DNA from: Candidatus Bathyarchaeota archaeon
GTDB lineage: Archaea > Thermoproteota > Bathyarchaeia > TCS64
Assembly (NCBI GenBank): GCA_018396695.1
Contig: JAGTQU010000005.1
Coordinates: 421 to 64,420 of the forward strand
Direction: 5' to 3'
Length of the DNA stretch: 64,000 bases
Shown here piece after piece: positions 1-9,304 of the stretch. Numbering within the stretch: the first letter of the stretch is position 1; the number at the start of each line of letters is the position of its first letter. Position numbers and translations under genes: made by a program. The notes below the pieces were generated by a model that ran no database searches, had not been told where the DNA came from, and was given only the letters and a program-made list of their open reading frames with translations.

Positions 1-138
1 TATTGGAAAGCCACAGCAACCAAAATCTCCATCAATAAGTTCAACTCCAAGCGCTCTAGCCACCTGCCGAGTAGATAGTTCATAGTTTACTTGTCTTGCA
101 GGTATGGTGCATCCTAGAAATAAAGAGTATCTCACATT
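1..138 (-). CDS. HdrB-like CCG-domain protein, N-terminal fragment (continues beyond window start)
   Basis: Minus-strand translation from GTG at 138 gives VRYSLFLGCTIPARQVNYELSTRQVARALGVELIDGDFGCCGFP, a Cys-rich CCG-type N-terminus; start abuts the stop of the hdrC-like ORF. Confidence 0.55.
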
Positions 139-618
139 TTAGTCCTCCAAGATCTTTTTAATGAATTCGAATTCAACTTTCACCACGGGTAATCCTCTTT
201 CCGCTCTTTCATCCATAATGAAATCATCTATTTTGTAGACCCTTCCAAATTTTGCAAGAACCTCGAGGAGTTTCTGAAGCTGCGGTGGAGCCACACGTTC
301 AGCTGCAGCCAAGTTCCTTAATACTGTCATAACTTCAGGAGGTCTAACATTTTGGGGGCAGCGCTCTTGACAAATGAAGCAGAGTGAACATAGCCAGATC
401 TCTTCACTTTTAAATAATTTATTTTTTAATCCTAATTTAGCAAGTTTCATAACTCTTCTGGGACTGAATTTCTCATCAATCTCCTTAACAGGGCAACTAG
501 CCGTGCATACGCCGCATTGGAAACACTTACTGAGGTCTGAGGAGCCAGGCTCTAAGGCTAGTTGACGGAGAAATTGAGGGTCGGCCTCATCTATATCGGT
601 GATATTATTGTACTCCAT
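139..618 (-). CDS. heterodisulfide reductase subunit C-like iron-sulfur protein (two 4Fe-4S ferredoxin motifs)
   Basis: CFQCGVCTASCP and CSLCFICQERCP CxxCxxCxxxCP motifs; 159 aa. Confidence 0.7.
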   Translation of the reverse strand: MEYNNITDIDEADPQFLRQLALEPGSSDLSKCFQCGVCTASCPVKEIDEKFSPRRVMKLAKLGLKNKLFKSEEIWLCSLCFICQERCPQNVRPPEVMTVLRNLAAAERVAPPQLQKLLEVLAKFGRVYKIDDFIMDERAERGLPVVKVEFEFIKKILED

Positions 619-758
619 TAAATATCAGAAAGTTCGTTAAATCCTACATTATAAAGTTTAGGATATTTAATAAATCTAAACTTAAACAGTTTTAACAAAA
701 CATTAACCTTCAAATTAGTTAGCACTGATTTCTATCTATTTTGTTCTGAAAATCCAGG

Positions 759-1772
759 TTATTGAGAGAATCTTCTACTCCGCATCCAGACGGCCATTTC
801 TACTAAACGTTTCACTCTTCGCCTCTTGGCAACCATGATGCAAAAGAAGATGATAACTCCAGGAATAATCATTAAAAGAAGTAAAGTGTAGACTGCATTG
901 AACGCTGGAGTTTCTTTGAGAAATAGGAATGATATTGGAACTGTGCTTCCTTGAACATACCACCAATTACTAGGCGTTATTCCTGTCAGCCACCAAGATA
1001 TGTCGCAAGAGATAGGTATGACAAATAATACTAGGTGGTAAAGCCATAACATAAAACATGTGTCATCATCAGTAAAAGCAAGAGGGGCGATTATGCAACC
1101 AGCATACCAACTTAAGAGAGCAAACATTTCTAATCCTAGATGTGCACCTGGCTGAAACAGGAAGTAAAGTATTCCCAGCGGAGAGATGGAAAAGGGGAGG
1201 AGAGACAGCCAAGGAAAACGACCTCTAATCTCAATATCGGGATTGCTCTTTTGAATTGGGAAAAAATCGTCTGCAAAAAATATGATCGCCATCAGAGATG
1301 CAATAAGAATGAAGCCTTTCAAGGTTTTAATTATTAGAGGGAAATAGCCTAAGACCGGGATCCTGCCTGCGAACTTGCCTACTATATTCTCTTCAGGTAC
1401 GGGTCTCCCGTCGGGGAAAAGATTATTATCGCCTTTAGTGACGAACATCCATCTGTCATCTTCTACGTATTTCTGTATAGCTCTGTGAACAATGTAATCT
1501 TCTGAAGAGCCTCGAGTGAAAACAATAATATCTCCCTCGGGGGCAGGAGAAGCAACTACCTCATTAAAATCGTTAATCTGCTCAACGAATATGAAGTCTC
1601 CAACCCCTAGAGTTGGAACCATACTTTGAGATACTACAACCATAAGAGGATATTCGGTTTTAAAGATCGATCTTAAAATATAAATGCTCCCGAAGGTCAT
1701 TGTGAATAGGATTACTATTAAAACCAGATATCCTATGACTTCTTTTTTCCCTGCCATTCCTTGACCTCGCAT
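759..1772 (-). CDS. signal peptidase I (S26B, archaeal Sec11-type) with long C-terminal polytopic membrane extension
   Basis: N-terminal TM then VVVSQSMVPTLGVGDFIFV (Ser nucleophile box) and conserved GDNN-like box; C-terminal about 170 aa is hydrophobic multi-TM. Confidence 0.7.
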   Translation of the reverse strand: MRGQGMAGKKEVIGYLVLIVILFTMTFGSIYILRSIFKTEYPLMVVVSQSMVPTLGVGDFIFVEQINDFNEVVASPAPEGDIIVFTRGSSEDYIVHRAIQKYVEDDRWMFVTKGDNNLFPDGRPVPEENIVGKFAGRIPVLGYFPLIIKTLKGFILIASLMAIIFFADDFFPIQKSNPDIEIRGRFPWLSLLPFSISPLGILYFLFQPGAHLGLEMFALLSWYAGCIIAPLAFTDDDTCFMLWLYHLVLFVIPISCDISWWLTGITPSNWWYVQGSTVPISFLFLKETPAFNAVYTLLLLMIIPGVIIFFCIMVAKRRRVKRLVEMAVWMRSRRFSQ

Positions 1773-1791
1773 CAGGTTTATTTTTTCTGCG

Positions 1792-2169
1792 TCAATAGGA
1801 ATTTAAATTAATCCATTGATCAAGCTGTCCACAATTTATGGGGGATTTTTCTCCTTCTATCATACATTTATCAATATCATCGCACTGTATACAAGGAGTA
1901 TCCAAAATCGACTTCAGATCTACTTTTTTCTGCTTAGAAAACAACTTGTAAGTCCACCTCCCTTCATGGAGCACTTTTCTCCTCTCGATGAAACCCCTCT
2001 CCTCAAGTCTTTGTGCAATCCTCGAACCGTCTCTACTGTTCAATCCTAATCTTTTCCATAGCTCGCTTTGAAATATCCCTTCGTTTCCAGCTTCGAAGAT
2101 GGTTTGAGTTGCTTTCTCTTCGAGATCGTGGCTTTTGAGAGACAATTTTCCACCGCGACGAGTTTGCAT
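1792..2169 (-). CDS. winged-helix DNA-binding protein with C-terminal Cys cluster
   Basis: wHTH-like SELWKRLGLNSRDGSRIAQRLEERGFIERRKV; C-terminal CIQCDDIDKC...C; immediately downstream of tbp. Confidence 0.45.
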   Translation of the reverse strand: MQTRRGGKLSLKSHDLEEKATQTIFEAGNEGIFQSELWKRLGLNSRDGSRIAQRLEERGFIERRKVLHEGRWTYKLFSKQKKVDLKSILDTPCIQCDDIDKCMIEGEKSPINCGQLDQWINLNSY

Positions 2170-2747
2170 TAATCATAATAGATGAGTTCCTCTTCTTCAA
2201 GAATATCATGAAGCTTCTCTACTGCTTCTCGAACCATTTTCTCATATTTTGCACCAGTACAGACGAGTTTGCCACTTGCAAATAATAACATTACTACTTT
2301 CGGTTCTCCCATTCTATAAATTAGTCCTGGAAACTGTTCCGGTTCATACATAACATTGTCCATAATGTTCGCCGCCATCTCCAGATCTATTTTACCTCCT
2401 AGGTTCGCTGACGCAACAATGTTCTGAATCATTATCTCCGGCTTTGCGAGAATAATAATCCCATTATTTTTCAGCTCACGTACAACCTTTTTAACGGCGC
2501 TTTTCGCTTGTTTTTCAGATTTCGCACCTGTACAAACCATTTTTCCCGAACCAAAGATGAGCGTAGCTGTCTTCGGACGTTTTAGCCTGAAGACAAGTCC
2601 TGGAAACTGTTTGGGCTTATACTCTACATTCCTGAAAACCTTCATTATCGATAGTAGATCAATTTTCTGGTCGAGGGTCGCCGAGGCGACAACATTTTCA
2701 ATGCTTATCTGCAATCTTTTTGAAGACGTATCAAACACACCTCTCAT
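2169..2747 (-). CDS. tbp: TATA-box binding protein
   Basis: Two internal TBP repeats (QNIVASANLGGKIDLE...FPGLIYRM...LLFASGKLVCTGAK and IENVVASATLDQKIDL...FPGLVFRL...LIFGSGKMVCTGAK). Confidence 0.92.
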   Translation of the reverse strand: MRGVFDTSSKRLQISIENVVASATLDQKIDLLSIMKVFRNVEYKPKQFPGLVFRLKRPKTATLIFGSGKMVCTGAKSEKQAKSAVKKVVRELKNNGIIILAKPEIMIQNIVASANLGGKIDLEMAANIMDNVMYEPEQFPGLIYRMGEPKVVMLLFASGKLVCTGAKYEKMVREAVEKLHDILEEEELIYYD

Positions 2748-2765
2748 TCAAGGTTATGAGATTAG

Positions 2766-3092
2766 TTAGGAGCCCTCTATGAGCTCTAATAGCTCATAGG
2801 TTAGAATATTCTGGTTTTTTATCTCCACTATTGGAAAAGAACTCATATTAGGTTCCACCTTAATCTTATCACTGAAACCGATCTCTCCCGAATACGCGTT
2901 ATATGTAACGAATTTGCCATCAAATCTCGTATTCTCTTTGACAAAGTATATGAAAGTCTCACTTAGAGTGCCACCAATGATAAAATATAGTTGAAAATCC
3001 GGCATAGACAGATGTTGAATAACATTCATTGAAGGACTAGAAGCTATGAGCATAACTAGATCTCTTATCGAACTAAGCTGGACGAACTTCAT
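2766..3092 (-). CDS. hypothetical protein
   Basis: 108-aa ORF, no recognisable motif. Confidence 0.35.
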   Translation of the reverse strand: MKFVQLSSIRDLVMLIASSPSMNVIQHLSMPDFQLYFIIGGTLSETFIYFVKENTRFDGKFVTYNAYSGEIGFSDKIKVEPNMSSFPIVEIKNQNILTYELLELIEGS

Positions 3093-3217
3093 AACCTTTC
3101 ACAGTATATAAATAAATATGCACCATTATTTAAATAATTTAGACATATCTGTTTAAAAACTGAAAAGTTAACCAAAACAGATACTTTTTATTTTACCATT
3201 TAAACGAGATCTGAAGA

Positions 3218-3727
3218 GTGTATCTGGCAATGTATTACAGTGGTCAGTCTCTAGCACCGTATGTAGCTTCTCCCGTAAATGTTGTAAAGAGAATGCTTGA
3301 AATCGCTGAAGTGAAACCTGGAGAAACTGTTTATGATCTGGGTTGTGGGGATGGCCGAATCGTAATAATCGCAGCGCAAGAGTTTGGAGCGAAAGGGGTA
3401 GGTGTGGAACTTAATCCTAACTTAGTCAAAGAATCAAGAGCAAAAGTTGAAGAGTTGAAACTTAACGATCGTGTTCAAATCATTCAAGGAGATCTCATGA
3501 AAGTGGATTTGAGTCAAGCGGATGTTGTTACAATGTATCTTACAACGGGTGCGAATGAGAAGATTAGACCAAAGTTGGAAACAGAGTTAAAATCTGGAGC
3601 AAGAGTTGTAACACATGACTTCACAATCCCTAAATGGAATATCCTCCAAGAGATAAGGTTTAGAGACGATTATCGATCGCACACAATATATCTGTATAAC
3701 AAATCTAAATCGATGAAGATTGTCTAA
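3218..3727 (+). CDS. small class I SAM-dependent methyltransferase
   Basis: Motif I VYDLGCGDGRIVIIAA, acidic motif II GVELN, motif III QGDL; true start may be ATG at 3230. Confidence 0.65.
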   Translation: MYLAMYYSGQSLAPYVASPVNVVKRMLEIAEVKPGETVYDLGCGDGRIVIIAAQEFGAKGVGVELNPNLVKESRAKVEELKLNDRVQIIQGDLMKVDLSQADVVTMYLTTGANEKIRPKLETELKSGARVVTHDFTIPKWNILQEIRFRDDYRSHTIYLYNKSKSMKIV

Positions 3728-3844
3728 AATAGATCAATTTCCTTTCTTATATGAATTTAGATCCAAGTTTTTTCTCTGTTTTTTGATCAGCTTAAATAGT
3801 AATAATTTAATGAGTTGTGTTGAAGAGCCCATAAAAATGCATTT

Positions 3845-4276
3845 TTGGCAATAATCGCTAATATTATCTCAGAGGGTACAGCAAAAAAGAATGTGGAAAC
3901 GGATTTGATCCAGATGAAGGGGGCCTATTGTCTCATAGTTCAAGTATCAAAGAGTTCAACGATTAAAATTGGTTCACTCGGGATAATTAATTTTGATCCA
4001 GGATATTATATATATGTTGGATCAGCCATGAATAGTTTAGAGTCGAGAGTTCATAGACACCTTAATACTGCTGAAAAAAAGTTTTGCAAGCTGAGATGGC
4101 ACATCGACTATTTGCTGACGGCGCCAGGAGTTAAGATAATTAGAGTATACGAATTTGTTTCCAAAAATAAGATCGAATGCACTATCGCCTATGTGCTATC
4201 TCAGAGGTATGCGCCAGTATCTAGATTTGGAAGTTCCGATTGCAAATGCGGGGGTCATCTTTTCAAAGTTAAATAA
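3845..4276 (+). CDS. GIY-YIG superfamily protein (archaeal DUF123-like) with C-terminal Cys/His pair
   Basis: GAY...YIYVGSA (GIY/YIG-like), R..RH, KLRWHIDYL motif, C-terminal CKCGGH. Confidence 0.55.
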   Translation: MAIIANIISEGTAKKNVETDLIQMKGAYCLIVQVSKSSTIKIGSLGIINFDPGYYIYVGSAMNSLESRVHRHLNTAEKKFCKLRWHIDYLLTAPGVKIIRVYEFVSKNKIECTIAYVLSQRYAPVSRFGSSDCKCGGHLFKVK

Positions 4277-4405
4277 TTGATCTTCAATCATTTGAACAGT
4301 ACCTGCAATAGCTTGGTTTAAATATTTTGGGATTGAAAAACATAAGAATATAATTCTAATATGCTCAATGGTTAAAAGTTGGGAGAGGAGAGTTAGCTGA
4401 AGAGT

Positions 4406-5038
4406 TTGAATGATTTCATTAAAGACATGGAAAAAGTAGTTGAAAAGATGAAGCCTGAGCTTGATGATGAAGCGTACTCCAAGCTTAAAGCATTAGAGAA
4501 TCGGCTCACCGATCTTTATCAAAAGAACTTGGTTAAGATTAACCACTCAATAATGGAGCTTGTCTGTGCGAAGCACCTTATCAAGAATGGCTTTGAAGTA
4601 GCGATTGAGCATACATTGAACGGGATATCCTGCGACATCTATGCTACCAAAGGATTTGGAACTATGATTGTTGAAGTTGAAACAGGTTTTGTTCCCCCAG
4701 AGAATGCGTTAGACCCTCAGTTATATTTGAATGGACGGGTCGCAAGTAAAATAACGCGTTACAGTGGGTTCGCTAACAAGTTTTGTCTTGCCACCCCTCT
4801 ATACTATGTCATGCAAATACCCGCAGTCTTTTTAAAGCCTCCGCGTTTCAGAACCGAAAAAGAGATCGAACTGATGAAGCAATTATGTGACCTTTACTAC
4901 ACTAAACCGCCCATAACATTCGAGGAGATAAAGAATGCAAGGCTACACTCTATTTACACAATAAACGTCGACTCCACCAATATAAAAGAGTGGGATATTA
5001 ACGAGTACATGGGTAAAGCTGCCCTCTGGAATGTATAA
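4406..5038 (+). CDS. hypothetical protein with Hjc-like PD-(D/E)xK-type fold signature (Lys replaced by Glu)
   Basis: ELVCAKHLIKNGFEV...SCDIYA...MIVEVETG resembles the E/PD/ExK layout of Hjc-type nucleases, but the third motif reads EVE. Confidence 0.35.
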   Translation: MNDFIKDMEKVVEKMKPELDDEAYSKLKALENRLTDLYQKNLVKINHSIMELVCAKHLIKNGFEVAIEHTLNGISCDIYATKGFGTMIVEVETGFVPPENALDPQLYLNGRVASKITRYSGFANKFCLATPLYYVMQIPAVFLKPPRFRTEKEIELMKQLCDLYYTKPPITFEEIKNARLHSIYTINVDSTNIKEWDINEYMGKAALWNV

Positions 5039-5521
5039 AATAGATTAGAGGGAGGCATACCCTCTTCAAGGACATGCCTTCAACGTTCACAACGTATTTT
5101 CAGTTTTATAATCTCTATTGACTATCGTGAAAAGTACATTGATGATCTTCAGTTTAAAAGCTTATGAAAAGGGTCGAAAATTGGATAGATTGCAATTTTA
5201 ACCATTTATTAACTTGTTTTTAGGGAAGACTTGCTTTTAATCACTCACATATTAGTCATTCATTGCTATAATCTGGTTTTTATTTTAATATAGATTTAAC
5301 TTAAAATAAGAATATAAAAACAGAACATGCTGTATATGTGGACTATATAATGCAATGAACCTCTGCACGTGATAGAATTGTTTGTGATGGTTGCTATAAT
5401 TCACCAAAGAAACACGAAAATTAACGGTAATTTTGAAATTTATTAATGTAGTCACATTTCAAGAAATTAAATCAAAAATGAAAACGTTTTTGACTCTACA
5501 ATTCATTTTCTGGTTAGTCCT

Positions 5522-6790
5522 TCATAACTCTAAAGTCTTTCTAATATCTCTCATAGAAGGTTCGACAATTTTTGAGCTATTTATGATGTTTGATTTTATC
5601 CCCGGCAAATCTCCTTCAAAATATCTAATAGTGGAGTCAGGGTCTTTTAGTATATTTCCTGTTAAAACGCAAACAATCTTCTCTCCTTTATCTATAACTC
5701 CAGAATCGAAAAGTCTTTTAGCTCCTGCAACAGAAGCTGCTGAAGCCGGCTCGCAGCCGATGCCGCTTCTATCTACTACAATTTTAGAATCCATGATCTC
5801 TTGGTCAGATACGTGCTCAACTACGCCATTTGTATTTTTTATTGCTGATAACGCCTTTTTCCAGTTGACAGGGTTACCTATCCTTATAGCAGATGCAACC
5901 GTTTTGGCCTCGCTGTTAGGCTCGAGGAGGCTAGAGCCTGTTGACCAGAGCCTGTAGAACGGGTCGGCACATTCAGCCTGTATGGCTGCTAAACGAGGCT
6001 TCTCATCAATGAGGTCTAACTCTTCTAACTCGGTTAAGGCTTTCCCGAATGCAGAGGTATTCCCAAGATTCCCTGCCGGCAAGATTATCCAATCTGGAGG
6101 TTTCCAGTTTAGTTGTTGGATAAGGTCGAAGACTATTGTTTTTTGCCCTTCGATTCGCCAGGGGTTTATCGAGTTCAGTAGATAGATGCCTAGTTCTTCA
6201 GAGGCTTGCTGCACAAGGCTCATTGCGTCGTCAAAGCTTCCTTTAACCTGGATCATGGTTGCTCCGTAAGCGAGCGTTTGAGCGAGTTTTCCATAAGCGA
6301 TCCTTCCTTCTGGAACAAAGACTATACACTTTAAGTCTGCTATGGCTGCATATGAAGCTAGTGAGGACGAGGTATTCCCTGTTGATGCACAAGCCACAAT
6401 ATTAACTCCTAAACGTTTAGCCTCGGAGACGCCTACAGTCATGCCTCTATCCTTGAAGGAGCCTGTTGGATTCTCCCCCTCATGCTTTAAATATAGGTTA
6501 GGCGTGCCTACGAAGCTCGAAATAAGTTTGCTGGTATAAAGATTCGTGTTACCTTCAGGTTTTGTTATAATGTGATTATTATCAAGTCCAGGGTATACTA
6601 ACTCTTTGAATCGCCACACACCGCTCTTTATGATGGGGTTTGGTGAACCCACCCTCTTATCAAATATGTCTCGCCTAATCCCCTCTCTGAACTCGTGTTT
6701 AACTTCGAAGAGTCCCCCGCACTCGCATTTCGTTTTAACCTCTAGAGGATAACTTTTCCCACAATCTATACATCTAAATATTGACGACAT
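5522..6790 (-). CDS. thrC: threonine synthase with N-terminal zinc ribbon
   Basis: CIDCGKSY...CECGG ribbon; PLP-lysine region TGSFKDRG; fold-type II PLP enzyme; 422 aa. Confidence 0.88.
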   Translation of the reverse strand: MSSIFRCIDCGKSYPLEVKTKCECGGLFEVKHEFREGIRRDIFDKRVGSPNPIIKSGVWRFKELVYPGLDNNHIITKPEGNTNLYTSKLISSFVGTPNLYLKHEGENPTGSFKDRGMTVGVSEAKRLGVNIVACASTGNTSSSLASYAAIADLKCIVFVPEGRIAYGKLAQTLAYGATMIQVKGSFDDAMSLVQQASEELGIYLLNSINPWRIEGQKTIVFDLIQQLNWKPPDWIILPAGNLGNTSAFGKALTELEELDLIDEKPRLAAIQAECADPFYRLWSTGSSLLEPNSEAKTVASAIRIGNPVNWKKALSAIKNTNGVVEHVSDQEIMDSKIVVDRSGIGCEPASAASVAGAKRLFDSGVIDKGEKIVCVLTGNILKDPDSTIRYFEGDLPGIKSNIINSSKIVEPSMRDIRKTLEL

Positions 6791-7702
6791 TCAGATCACT
6801 CTAACACCTTCAACGCTGGGTTTAGTGAAATAGGTGCTGCATTTAACGCCAGCTTCTTCGAAAGCTTCAGACATGGCGTTACCAATCTCCTCAAGATCCT
6901 CTCCAACTGCAAAAACCGATGGTCCTCCCCCTGCTATAGAGCACCCCAATGCTCCAGCGTCTAAAGCTTTCTCTTTCACCCGCCAGAAATTAGGGATGAT
7001 CTTAGCTCGGAAAGGCTCTACAAGTTTGTCACATATGCTTCTTCCGAAGAGGGTAGAATCTTTTAAAGCTACGGCCGCAGCCATCCTCGAAGCCTTTCCA
7101 ACATTCAAAACTGCCTCTTTCAGCCTAACGGATTCAGGTAATAGGGATCTCGCAAGCTTGGTTTTAGCCTCGTAGACGATTTCAGGTACTGCGATGACTA
7201 TTCGAATATTTGGAGGCTCCAATCGAACAACATCGTAGTCGAAATCTACTATAACGAAACCTCCTAAAAGAGAGGCGGAGACATTATCTGCATGCGCACT
7301 CCCAGATACCGCCGCCTCTCCTAAAGCAGCTAGTTTAACTAGTTCCCCTTTAGCTAAACCAAGGTTCAGCAGTTTATTAACCGCATACGCCGCTGCAGCA
7401 GCAGAAGCCCCTGAAGAGCCTAGCCCTCGTCCTGGAGGGATGCCTTTAATTATCTCAGCATGGAATCCGTGTGACAAGCCACGGCTTTCATAAATATACT
7501 TAAGAACAGTTCCAGCGCTGTTTCTAATCGCATCGCTTGGAATAGAATCCGCTCCCAGCCCGTTTACACTTATAGAGAGGGTTTTTTCCTTTATTATACT
7601 GAGCTTGAAGAAGTCGCCGATACCGTCAAGTGCTAGTCCAAAGACATCAAATCCTGGTCCAAGATTAGCTATGGAGGCTGGAGCATAAACTTCTATCTGT
7701 TT
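6791..7702 (-). CDS. thrB: homoserine kinase (GHMP kinase)
   Basis: Reading frame continues upstream of the track Met: KQIEVYAPASIANLGPGFDVFGLAL...PPGRGLGSSGASAAA (GHMP motif). No canonical start codon is found in frame before the upstream stop at 7703-7705. Confidence 0.75.
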   Translation of the reverse strand, partial: KQIEVYAPASIANLGPGFDVFGLALDGIGDFFKLSIIKEKTLSISVNGLGADSIPSDAIRNSAGTVLKYIYESRGLSHGFHAEIIKGIPPGRGLGSSGASAAAAAYAVNKLLNLGLAKGELVKLAALGEAAVSGSAHADNVSASLLGGFVIVDFDYDVVRLEPPNIRIVIAVPEIVYEAKTKLARSLLPESVRLKEAVLNVGKASRMAAAVALKDSTLFGRSICDKLVEPFRAKIIPNFWRVKEKALDAGALGCSIAGGGPSVFAVGEDLEEIGNAMSEAFEEAGVKCSTYFTKPSVEGVRVI

Positions 7703-7811
7703 CTAAGTCACCTGGCATTTCCTACACCTAGCCGAAAATATTCAGTTCAGATACTGTTTATAAGCTTTCTGGAAGATGTTAGAATAAGTTAAACCATGAC
7801 GATTTGATCGG

Positions 7812-8312
7812 TTAAGCTTCTTTAGTAGACGATGAGATTACGTCATAAGCAATTTCTGTAGCTATCTCTATAAAGTTTCGACATTTAGTATTCCAGACAT
7901 TGTATTCTCTATACTTCTTCAAGTCTTCTGTTCTTGATAGGTCTAATCCTATTAGATTATTACATTTAGAGTCTCCAAAAGTTTCAACAAAAAGATCGAT
8001 AAGTTGAGATGCATACCAGTATGGTCGTTTTCCATTAGGATGCACTATATGCTGATTTCTCCCAAATCTGAGACCTACCCCCATGATTGCTCCAGAAAGG
8101 GCACCACATATCTCCCCTCTCCTACCTATTCCCGCTCCGAAGCCTGTTGCCATCCGTGGGATAAGATTACTTGAAACACCTAAACATTCAGCTAACGCCA
8201 TTAACACTGATTCGGAACAGAGGAACCCTTCTTCTGCGTGAGTTGCGGCGCTTCGCTTAGCTTCCTCTTTAGACAGTTTCATTTTCGCATCGTTTACGAT
8301 TATTTTATTCAA
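7812..8312 (-). CDS. C_GCAxxG_C_C family redox protein
   Basis: CSESVLMALAECLG and ICGALSGA motifs. Confidence 0.65.
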   Translation of the reverse strand: MNKIIVNDAKMKLSKEEAKRSAATHAEEGFLCSESVLMALAECLGVSSNLIPRMATGFGAGIGRRGEICGALSGAIMGVGLRFGRNQHIVHPNGKRPYWYASQLIDLFVETFGDSKCNNLIGLDLSRTEDLKKYREYNVWNTKCRNFIEIATEIAYDVISSSTKEA

Positions 8313-8337
8313 AGACTTATGAAGATTGCTTTGAAGT

Positions 8338-8607
8338 TTGCCAAAGTTTATATTAAGGGATACCCATGCCTCATGGATAGAATTGGATCAGAAGATTGAA
8401 GTTTCCAAAGCGATCGAAGAGATTAGGCCTCATCTACAAGCCGACGGTGGAGACGTGCAACTGGTCGACGTTATCGATGGCGTTGTTAAAATAAAGCTTA
8501 AGGGAACATGTGCTGGCTGTCCGATGTCTCAGATGACGGTGAAATGGGGCGTAGAGAACTATCTAAAGAAAAAGGTACCTGGAGTAAAGTCCGTAGAGGC
8601 TGTTTAA
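8338..8607 (+). CDS. NifU/Nfu C-terminal domain Fe-S cluster scaffold-like protein
   Basis: ADGGDVQLVDV...KLKGTCAGCPMSQMT. Confidence 0.7.
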   Translation: MPKFILRDTHASWIELDQKIEVSKAIEEIRPHLQADGGDVQLVDVIDGVVKIKLKGTCAGCPMSQMTVKWGVENYLKKKVPGVKSVEAV

Positions 8608-8628
8608 TCCCTTAGGTGTCGCATGTAG

Positions 8629-9099
8629 ATGTCTTTATACGAGGAGTTGGAAAAGGCCAAAAACTATAGTGACATTTTCTCTCTAGTTAAAAAAGCTGTG
8701 AAAAAATCTCTTAAGGAGCATAGGGTAGGTCTCATGCTCTATCTTGGGAATCTTCCTATGAGAGTCGGGGCTTTCCATCCTATTGGGACAAACGATGTGG
8801 TTTTGAACAGACGGTTAATTAACGCTTTAAAATCTGAGGTTAAACAAAAATCCTATCTTTTCTCTATTCTCCTCCACGAGTATCTGCATAGTTTAGGCTA
8901 CCATGATGAAGAGCAGGTTAGAGCTTTAACATACAAGATTTCTGTTGAAAACTTTGGTAGCCAACATCCGGTAGTTGAAGCATCAATAGCTGGACCTTGG
9001 TGCGAATTAACTCAAGAAGACTATGAAGCGATTGAGCAGGATATAGATCTAGAAATGATTAAAGACTTTGAAAAGATTGAAATAGGATATATAATCTAA
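8629..9099 (+). CDS. hypothetical HExxH zinc-metallopeptidase-like protein
   Basis: SILLHEYLHSLGY (HExxH) in a 156-aa protein. Confidence 0.4.
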   Translation: MSLYEELEKAKNYSDIFSLVKKAVKKSLKEHRVGLMLYLGNLPMRVGAFHPIGTNDVVLNRRLINALKSEVKQKSYLFSILLHEYLHSLGYHDEEQVRALTYKISVENFGSQHPVVEASIAGPWCELTQEDYEAIEQDIDLEMIKDFEKIEIGYII

Positions 9100-9304
9100 G
9101 AAACACTATTCTAACTCGCCTTTTTATATTTATAAGAAATCAAAACAGCCTATAATTTCATCTTAATTTTTTAAGAACTTCCTTTTAAACTTAGGAGAGT
9201 TCAATTTGAAGTGTTCAGTCTTAAAATAATTCATTAAAAATTGGCAGTTTTTTGCCACATATTGAAGAAAAATTAAATTATAGAGAGGGGATAGATGAAT
9301 TTTT

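Noticed and set aside
374-565. Plus-strand 63-aa ORF inside the hdrC-like gene, and many similar antisense or embedded ORFs in the track (for example 775-966, 1140-1337, 13197-13553, 13378-13767, 14032-14253, 30373-30777, 31078-31320, 41482-42039, 51826-52410)
   Set aside because: Each is fully contained in or antisense to a longer ORF with a clear conserved-family signature. The peptides are low-complexity with no motifs.
5433-5957. 174-aa plus-strand ORF starting in the AT-rich spacer and running antisense into thrC
   Set aside because: It is antisense to the well-supported threonine synthase gene and has no motifs.
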